A stretch of 5,194 bases of DNA, from the NCBI GenBank assembly GCA_016840425.1, contig JAEOSI010000167.1, positions 1 through 5,194 of the forward strand, read 5' to 3'. The stretch comes from Candidatus Wukongarchaeum yapensis. Its GTDB lineage: Archaea; Asgardarchaeota; Wukongarchaeia; Wukongarchaeales; Wukongarchaeaceae. The position numbers and the translations under genes are program-made. The notes under the pieces are model-generated. The model saw only the letters and a list, made by a program, of their open reading frames with translations. It searched no databases and was not told the DNA's origin. Below, in pieces: positions 1-4,343 of this stretch. Position 1 is the stretch's first letter. Each line of letters opens with the position of its first letter.

Positions 1-293
1 CTATAGGCTACGAAAACATAAGGTTGAGTTGGACATTTTGCAGCAACCGAGTGCCCCTGACCTTGAACGTTTGTAGCTACAAGTCGATTATCTGTAATGT
101 CGATTACGCTGTACTTAATTCCTTGGACGGTTACACTGGGTTGTTTTTCTGCCCATACTTTTAGGAGTTCAGCTCCGTTAATTTCCCAGTTCCCTGAAGT
201 CCAGTAAATGCTCCCATCGTTTATGTTTACTATGACCAATGCTTGAATCGTTCCCGCCTTAATCATTCTCTCGTAATCTTGCTGAAAACTCAT
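1..293 (-). CDS. Asgard-type profilin (3'-truncated by window edge)
   Basis: Not in the ORF track. Manual translation from ATG at 293 gives MSFQQDYERMIKAGTIQALVIVNINDGSIYWTSGNWEINGAELLKVWAEKQPSVTVQGIKYSVIDITDNRLVATNVQGQGHSVAAKCPTQPYVFVAY..., open to the edge. The segments NW, S-v-T-v-QGIKYS-v, R-l-vaTN-v-qGqGH and the final AY match the pattern I recognise from Loki/Odin profilins. An SD (GAGGAG) lies 7 nt upstream. Confidence 0.9.
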   Translation of the reverse strand, partial: MSFQQDYERMIKAGTIQALVIVNINDGSIYWTSGNWEINGAELLKVWAEKQPSVTVQGIKYSVIDITDNRLVATNVQGQGHSVAAKCPTQPYVFVAY

Positions 294-300
294 TTTTTGT

Positions 301-306
301 CTCCTC
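301..306 (-). promoter_or_regulatory. Shine-Dalgarno of profilin gene
   Basis: The minus strand reads GAGGAG-acaaaaa-ATG. Confidence 0.6.
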
Positions 307-425
307 GCCTTATTAAATTAGTTATGGGGGGAATTTTTATTGGATTTTATTTTGCTGTTATTTATTTAGTTTTTTATGGTTAAAAAACTGATGGTTGGTT
401 TTCAGTGTAATATCTGAAAACAATT

Positions 426-2699
426 TTATATTTGTATGTATATTTTGTCGTTGGTTATCTTTGTTATTTTTTTTAGTGGAATGGTTTTTGTGCCTAATAG
501 TTCTAGCAGTTGGTTATAGTTTTCTTTTTCTGTTATTATTCCTTTTTCTATGGCATATTTAATAATTGTTTCGGGGCATAAGGCGGTTTCTGTGCTTTCT
601 TTTAAAGTGTTTAGTATATTGGTTTTTTCTTCTTCTTCGAACTCTTCTAAGGCGGTTTCTTCTAAGGTTTTTGTGCTGTATTGAAGTACTAGTTCTTCTC
701 CGTTTTCATTCTTTTCTATTGTTATCCCGATGGCTGTGCCTAAGGGATTTTCTTCTTGGTCTACTACTTTTTTACAGGCGACGGGATAGGCGTGTTTTAT
801 TGGTTTCTGAAATGCATTTCTTTTTAAAATAACGCGATCTTTCATTGTTTCGGATATAAAACCCATGAAAACCCATTTTAGGTATCCGCTAATCACTTCG
901 TGGGGGGGTAGGGGTATTTGTTCTAATAGGCAAAATTTTGCGAGTATTTCAGGGTTTAAAGCATCTCCTTCTCCTATGTTTAATTTTTTTGCTATTGAAA
1001 ATCTTAAATACCACAATTTTTCTTCATAATCGTTTTTTATTGATTTTTTCAAATTTTTTAGTGTTTGATCTAAAATTTTTTTGTCGGGGTAAAAGGCTTC
1101 ATAAACGAGAATTGCACCGTTATTTGGGTGGTTAAGGATCTCGATTATGGTGCCTAAATGTTTTTGTAAATGGGAGGTTAGGGGTTTTTTTGTGAGAGTT
1201 TTTTCTTCTATTTTGGAAATAGGAAAAGGCACTATTTTCATCTTAGCGAGGTGTTTTCTTTGATCAGTATTAAGGAGATTTATGTCGTTTTCATTAGCGA
1301 TGATTGTCCCGTTTTCCCTTTTTATTTTTTGGAAGGATATTATGCCTTTGATTTTCTGTTTAAATTCTTCGGGTTTTAGGGGGCACTTAATGTTTTTTTT
1401 CGCGCAATAATTTCGAATATATCTGGGTAAAAGGGCTATATATTCTGGAATTTTCAAAAAAGAGCTTATTTCCGATCTTAAGTATTCTTTTCGCTGTTCT
1501 GAGTCGCTTTCAAATGATCCGGGATGCATCGTTTCAAAAACCCTATCTAAGGACTCGTGGGATGGTTCATTTTCAATCAATATTGGGATCGTGATGGAAC
1601 CTTGGTGTAACAAAGGAGGACCGGTAAAACCGATAAATCTTTTTTGAGCATCGGCTATGATTTTATCGACGATATCCCATGCTGCGATAGCATCATTATT
1701 TTTTAAAAGAGCTGAAATATCATCTGATTTTTCAGGAGGCTCTTCACTTTTAGGCTCATCAAAAAAGGGTTTCTCAGGAGCACTAATCTTTTTCATCGGT
1801 ATACGTATACCCTTTTCTTTTGAAGCACTATCACTCTTTTTTTCTCCATATACGAGGAGGGGCATGAGGGATTTTTGATCCATTTCTTCTATCTTTTGAA
1901 TGATTTTCGGAGGTAGAATTGAGGAAAATTTCACAATATCAGAGGATAATAGGTTGATGTGTGTTTGTAAAGCAGAGATTTCTTCTCGTAACTTTTCTGG
2001 GTGGTCTTTTTTTTCTTTAAGTTCTTTCTTTTTTTCCTGTAATTTATCTTTAAGAATTTGTAAGTAGGTTTTGTATTCTTTTATTTCTTCCCCTAGAGCT
2101 TTAGCGGTCTCCATATATTCTTTTTCCAAAGCGGTCTTTTGAGTTCTTAATGAGTAAGTTGTATCCCCTTTTTTAATCTCTTTTTCTAAAGTGAAGAGTT
2201 TCCCCTTTAAATCGCGGGATTTTCTATATAAGTCCATAATTTTTGGCTGATTCTCTTCTAAAAAGCGGGTGTGTGCAGCTACCTTTTGGTTCAAATTGTT
2301 AATTTTGTTTTGATACTCTTTTACCTGTGGCCATTTTTTTAACCCTCCACCCTTTTTCTTTATTTTTTCTGAAAGTTGGTAGAGTTTAAAAGCATAAATG
2401 CTGCGTTCTTTAGAAAATTGAAGAAGTCTTCTCTTTATTTCCAAATTTTCATGCAAAGTAATCGGGATTTCTTTTTCTAAACTTTTAAGTTTCCTTTGCT
2501 CTATTTTTCCCTCCTCTAATGTCTTTTCTTCCTTTTCTTTGACCTTTTCAGACTTTTCTTTTGATGCTTTTTCTTCCTCAATTTCTGAAAGTTTTTGAAG
2601 ATATGTTTTTGTTAAATCCTCGTATGTTACCTCATCAATCTCTCCCGACCTAAACTTCTCTTCAAGCTGATCCAGCAAAAACCTTATTCGCTTCTCCAT
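426..2699 (-). CDS. 757-aa hypothetical protein: N-terminal SHOCT/CdvA-like helical motif, Lys/Glu-rich coiled coil (~aa 41-260), Pro/acidic linker (~285-326), three tandem ~125-140-aa repeats resembling PRC barrels split by a helical insert
   Basis: Long uninterrupted ORF with K/E-rich heptad-like N-terminal half. Internal repeat motifs are visible by eye (see repeat feature). Function is not identified. Confidence 0.9.
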   Translation of the reverse strand: MEKRIRFLLDQLEEKFRSGEIDEVTYEDLTKTYLQKLSEIEEEKASKEKSEKVKEKEEKTLEEGKIEQRKLKSLEKEIPITLHENLEIKRRLLQFSKERSIYAFKLYQLSEKIKKKGGGLKKWPQVKEYQNKINNLNQKVAAHTRFLEENQPKIMDLYRKSRDLKGKLFTLEKEIKKGDTTYSLRTQKTALEKEYMETAKALGEEIKEYKTYLQILKDKLQEKKKELKEKKDHPEKLREEISALQTHINLLSSDIVKFSSILPPKIIQKIEEMDQKSLMPLLVYGEKKSDSASKEKGIRIPMKKISAPEKPFFDEPKSEEPPEKSDDISALLKNNDAIAAWDIVDKIIADAQKRFIGFTGPPLLHQGSITIPILIENEPSHESLDRVFETMHPGSFESDSEQRKEYLRSEISSFLKIPEYIALLPRYIRNYCAKKNIKCPLKPEEFKQKIKGIISFQKIKRENGTIIANENDINLLNTDQRKHLAKMKIVPFPISKIEEKTLTKKPLTSHLQKHLGTIIEILNHPNNGAILVYEAFYPDKKILDQTLKNLKKSIKNDYEEKLWYLRFSIAKKLNIGEGDALNPEILAKFCLLEQIPLPPHEVISGYLKWVFMGFISETMKDRVILKRNAFQKPIKHAYPVACKKVVDQEENPLGTAIGITIEKNENGEELVLQYSTKTLEETALEEFEEEEKTNILNTLKESTETALCPETIIKYAIEKGIITEKENYNQLLELLGTKTIPLKKITKITNDKIYIQI
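429..1691 (-). repeat. Three tandem protein-level repeats in the 757-aa ORF (aa ~337-470, ~490-627, ~636-757)
   Basis: Repeat starts: DKIIADAQKRFIG / KKPLTSHLQKHLG / KKVVDQEENPLG. Helical inserts: YLRSEISSFLKIPEYIALLPRYIRNYC / YLRFSIAKKLNIGEGDALNPEILAKFC / ILNTLKESTETALCPETIIKYA (ALxP at aa 422, 580, 706). Repeat ends: IISFQKIKRENGTIIA / VFMGFISETMKDRVIL / TIPLKKITKITNDKIYI. Confidence 0.65.
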
Positions 2700-2792
2700 A
2701 CCAACTTCCCATCTAAAAAGATTCCTATTTAGCTTATGTAGTTAGACATAAAAAAGTTAATGTAATGTAAAAATAATTGTTATAATCTAAAT

Positions 2793-3287
2793 TTACTTTT
2801 CTTCGATTAAAACCCCTTCCCATAAGGTTTCTGAAGACTCTTTTAAGACTCCCTCCGTTAAAAAATAATGCCGCCTACTTAGGAGATACCAAAATATTAA
2901 CAGGTTTATGCCGAGACTCGTCATCTGCCAGTAAAAGATTTTATCTATTTCAGGATTTAAGGACGAGTCTAGGATTTGAAATATCATATAAGTTAATCGG
3001 GCTATAGCGGGGAGTAATACTATGGCTAAAACAACATTATATGCCCAATATTTCCTCGAAAATAGGCCCATAGATAAAAATACTAGGATCACGCCTGCTA
3101 CGATAAGAATTATGAAATTAGTTTCAGCATCACTTCCCGTAAAAAGTTCTGAAGCAGGATAGTCTTCAGGAAACGAAAAATAACCTGCTAAAAGAATCAA
3201 GCCTGCAACTATGCCCAAAATGCCTCCTAGCAAGAATAAAAAGGAAAGTATAGATATGCCAACAGGACGGTTAGATGACAATAACAA
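2793..3287 (-). CDS. Hypothetical 4-TM integral membrane protein (RPxG...GL...WA...YL...YF archaeal type, DUF2127-like)
   Basis: Four hydrophobic stretches (~aa 9-37, 58-77, 81-104, 117-136), N-terminal RPVG and an acidic C-terminal tail. The start is TTG. The SD GGAGG (3289-3293) is only 1 nt from the TTG at 3287 but 7 nt from the in-frame TTG at 3281, so the true start is probably 3281. Confidence 0.85.
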   Translation of the reverse strand: MLLSSNRPVGISILSFLFLLGGILGIVAGLILLAGYFSFPEDYPASELFTGSDAETNFIILIVAGVILVFLSMGLFSRKYWAYNVVLAIVLLPAIARLTYMIFQILDSSLNPEIDKIFYWQMTSLGINLLIFWYLLSRRHYFLTEGVLKESSETLWEGVLIEEK

Positions 3288-3510
3288 GCCTCCAATAATT
3301 GTACATGAATTAAAAAATTATTCTTAGAAGAGATGAAAAACTTAAAAGGTAAAAAGTTGAAAGAATATGATCTTTCGTTAGCTTACTTATTAAATTTTAT
3401 TGCTTCTAAAATATTTAAACTATTGTTTGAATGATGGAACATATTAGGACTTTTTACGCTTCTTTATGATATTAACCGAATGAAAAGGCGATTAAAAAAT
3501 AGGGGCAAAT

Positions 3511-3519
3511 AAAAAAAAA
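3511..3519 (-). terminator. Putative archaeal oligo(T) terminator (T9) of the CBS-zinc finger transcript
   Basis: T9 run on the minus strand. If the 3541-4060 insertion is removed, it lies ~36 nt after the zinc-finger stop codon. Confidence 0.4.
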
Positions 3520-3569
3520 GGGCAGCTTTCTTGTTTTTAACTTTGTCGGCGGGAAGTCTCCCTGCGAAA

Positions 3570-3594
3570 CAGTCTATCCGCGTGTTAAATGCTT
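3570..3594. repeat. Left TIR of MITE (preceded by TSD GAAA 3566-3569)
   Basis: 20/25 ungapped identity to the reverse complement of 3851-3875; the first 7 nt are identical. Confidence 0.85.
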
Positions 3595-3609
3595 GGTTGG
3601 TTAAATAGA

Positions 3610-3843
3610 TCACTTCCTTATGAAATAGGTTTTTTCAGGGGTTCGTCGGAGCGGTGGTTTGTCGGGGAAGTCTATTGTCCGTCTCAACAAGCGGAAGAGA
3701 AGAGCTGCTTTACTTCTATTCTGATAGTGTTCGATGGCCTTCTTGAAATCGTGACGCCCTCTATGATCGGTGGAAAAAAGGGATAAGTTGCCCGTTACGA
3801 CGGCATAACTCCACTTACTTCAACTTTTCCCAAAAACAACCAT
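3610..3843 (-). pseudogene. Possible degenerate IS4-superfamily transposase fragment inside the MITE
   Basis: The frame reads MVVFGKS*SKWSYAVVTGNLSLFSTDHRGRHDFKKAIEHYQNRSKAALLFRLLRRTIDFPDKPPLRRTPEKTYFIRK*. YQNRSKAALLFRLLR has the spacing of Y-(2)-R-(3)-E-(3)-R/(6)-K, but Ala replaces the catalytic Glu. The resemblance is weak. Confidence 0.35.
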
Positions 3844-3850
3844 CTAAAAA

Positions 3851-3875
3851 AAACACTTAAAACACGGGTAGACTG
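3851..3875. repeat. Right TIR of MITE (followed by TSD GAAA 3876-3879)
   Basis: Reverse complement is CAGTCTACCCGTGTTTTAAGTGTTT. Confidence 0.85.
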
Positions 3876-3904
3876 GAAAGCTGGGGGATGAAAGCCGAAT
3901 AATA

Positions 3905-3918
3905 ACAAGATATTTATA
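3905..3918 (+). promoter_or_regulatory. Putative archaeal BRE/TATA promoter driving the omega-RNA (former tnpB promoter)
   Basis: Purine-rich ACAAGATA is followed by TTTATA (3913-3918), about 20-25 nt upstream of the start of the structured region and of ATG 3936. Confidence 0.5.
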
Positions 3919-3935
3919 GTCATAATAATAACAAT

Positions 3936-4060
3936 ATGAGAGCGTAGGGTAGGGACTACCCGAATTTACGCCTGCGGAGACAGAACCTCTACCGGGAGAA
4001 ATCTCGGCAAGTTCAGTCGTTGAACCAGGAAGCTCCCTGCGACTGCTGGAAGTAGTTCAC
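3936..4060 (+). pseudogene. tnpB: tnpB remnant (possible first codons plus 3' tail only)
   Basis: 3944-4060 translates as VG*GLPEFTPAETEPLPGEISASSVVEPGSSLRLLEVVH, the typical low-complexity C-terminal tail that overlaps the TnpB right-end RNA. ATG AGA GCG TA at 3936 resembles a TnpB start (MRAY...). All nuclease domains are absent. Confidence 0.6.
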
Positions 4061-4080
4061 TCATTCTTCCTCTTCTTATT
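3940..4080 (+). ncRNA. TnpB omega-RNA (reRNA): ~120-nt scaffold ending at TCAC 4060 plus flank-derived guide UCAUUCUUCCUCUUCU...
   Basis: Stems seen by eye: CGTAGG(3943-48)/CCTGCG(3971-76); GGGTAG-gga-CTACCC (3947-3961); CCGGGA-GAAA-TCTCGG (3992-4007); GTTCA-gtcgt-TGAAC (4011-4025), with alternative pairing of TGAAC to the terminal GTTCA (4055-59); and the right-end hairpin 4033-4052. It ends in GTAGTTCAC, typical of IS605/IS1341 right ends. The 5' and 3' limits are estimates. Confidence 0.75.
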
Positions 4081-4309
4081 TTTTGCTGAACAGTTTATGT
4101 TTTGGTTTTACGACGCAGTTGGGGCATACACGCATTGTTCTGAGTCGGCGATGGGGATAGTCGTCCACGTAAACCGCCATCCATCTAGCACAGTCTGAGC
4201 AAACGTATTTTCCACAGTAACGACAGCGGTAGTGCTCTTCGTTAGGAACCTCATTTTTTCCGCATATTTCGCATAAAACCTTCTTCGGGTCGTCTGATGA
4301 TTTACTCAA
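4076..4309 (-). CDS. 77-aa 8-Cys zinc-finger protein, FYVE-like / DUF2180-like
   Basis: Four CxxC pairs (C13/16, C29/32, C37/40, C62/65), with HYRCRYCGKYVCSDC and MRVCPNC. TTG start with a strong SD (GGAGGT, 6-nt spacer). It lies 34 nt downstream of the CBS gene. Confidence 0.9.
   Translation of the reverse strand: MSKSSDDPKKVLCEICGKNEVPNEEHYRCRYCGKYVCSDCARWMAVYVDDYPHRRLRTMRVCPNCVVKPKHKLFSKK
4079..4084 (+). terminator. Possible oligo(T) terminator bounding the omega-RNA guide
   Basis: T6 run 18 nt downstream of the right end, preceded by a pyrimidine-rich tract. It coincides with the antisense of the Lys codons ending the zinc-finger gene. Confidence 0.3.
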
Positions 4310-4315
4310 TTTTTT

Positions 4316-4321
4316 ACCTCC
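4316..4321 (-). promoter_or_regulatory. Shine-Dalgarno of zinc-finger gene
   Basis: The minus strand reads GGAGGT-aaaaaa-TTG. Confidence 0.7.
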
Positions 4322-4343
4322 ATTTACTGTTTTTTAAGGGGAT

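Larger units (their letters stand above)
3570..3875. mobile_element. 306-bp MITE / deleted DDE-type IS (ISH3- or IS701-like)
   Basis: 25-bp terminal inverted repeats match at 20/25 positions (CAGTCTATCCGCGTGTTAAATGCTT vs CAGTCTACCCGTGTTTTAAGTGTTT). They are flanked by a 4-bp direct repeat GAAA (3566-3569, 3876-3879). Removing the element restores the IS200/605 left-end hairpin. C-GT ends with a 4-5 bp DR fit the archaeal ISH3 family; family assignment is inference. Confidence 0.85.
3541..4060 (+). mobile_element. Non-autonomous IS200/IS605-family derivative (PATE), 210 bp after removing the nested MITE and its duplication
   Basis: There are matching subterminal hairpins: left CTCCCTGC-GAAA-GCTGGGGG (3558-3569 joined to 3880-3887) and right CTCCCTGC-GACT-GCTGGAAG (4033-4052). 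The 4 nt 5' of each hairpin obey the crossed guide/cleavage-site pairing known for IS608 (AAAG reads TTAC, GAAT reads TCAA). Right guide GAAG (4029-4032) predicts TCnC, and the end is TCAC (4057-4060). Left guide AAGT (3554-3557) predicts TTnA, and TTAA is at 3537-3540. There is no TSD and no tnpA. Confidence 0.85.

Noticed and set aside
83-106. GTCGATTA 8-nt direct repeat
   Set aside because: Short repeat within the profilin coding sequence, consistent with chance and codon usage.
566-832. 88-aa plus-strand ORF
   Set aside because: Antisense shadow of the Lys/Glu-rich 757-aa gene; its F/L-rich composition is the expected artefact.
938-1135. 65-aa plus-strand ORF
   Set aside because: Antisense shadow within the 757-aa gene, with no RBS or recognisable motif.
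1657-1878. 73-aa plus-strand ORF
   Set aside because: Antisense shadow within the 757-aa gene.
2796-2860. EGVL duplicated in the acidic tail of the membrane protein
   Set aside because: Only 4 residues with diverged codons; insufficient to claim a functional repeat.
3333-3434. 33-aa plus-strand ORF (MKNLKGKKLKEYD...) in the AT-rich intergenic region
   Set aside because: Short, with no clear SD or motif; expected by chance in AT-rich DNA.
3589-3786. 65-aa plus-strand ORF inside the MITE
   Set aside because: No recognisable domain or RBS; it starts within the TIR and is probably incidental.
3820-3822. In-frame TGA in the MITE minus-strand frame as a possible selenocysteine codon
   Set aside because: Some Asgard lineages use Sec, but there is no redox motif context and I see no convincing SECIS. 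It sits in a mobile-element remnant, so a nonsense codon is simpler.
3541-3900. SRP RNA, RNase P RNA, tmRNA or riboswitch, suggested by long-range end pairing of a ~300-nt GC-richer segment
   Set aside because: Diagnostic motifs (SRP helix 8, RNase P P4 GAGGAAAGUCC, tRNA-like ends) are absent on both strands. The pairing is explained by MITE TIRs with a TSD.
3551-4042. GGAAG(T)CTCCCTGCGA direct repeat as a CRISPR or mini-array repeat
   Set aside because: Only two copies ~480 nt apart; they are the left- and right-end hairpins of the IS200/605 derivative.
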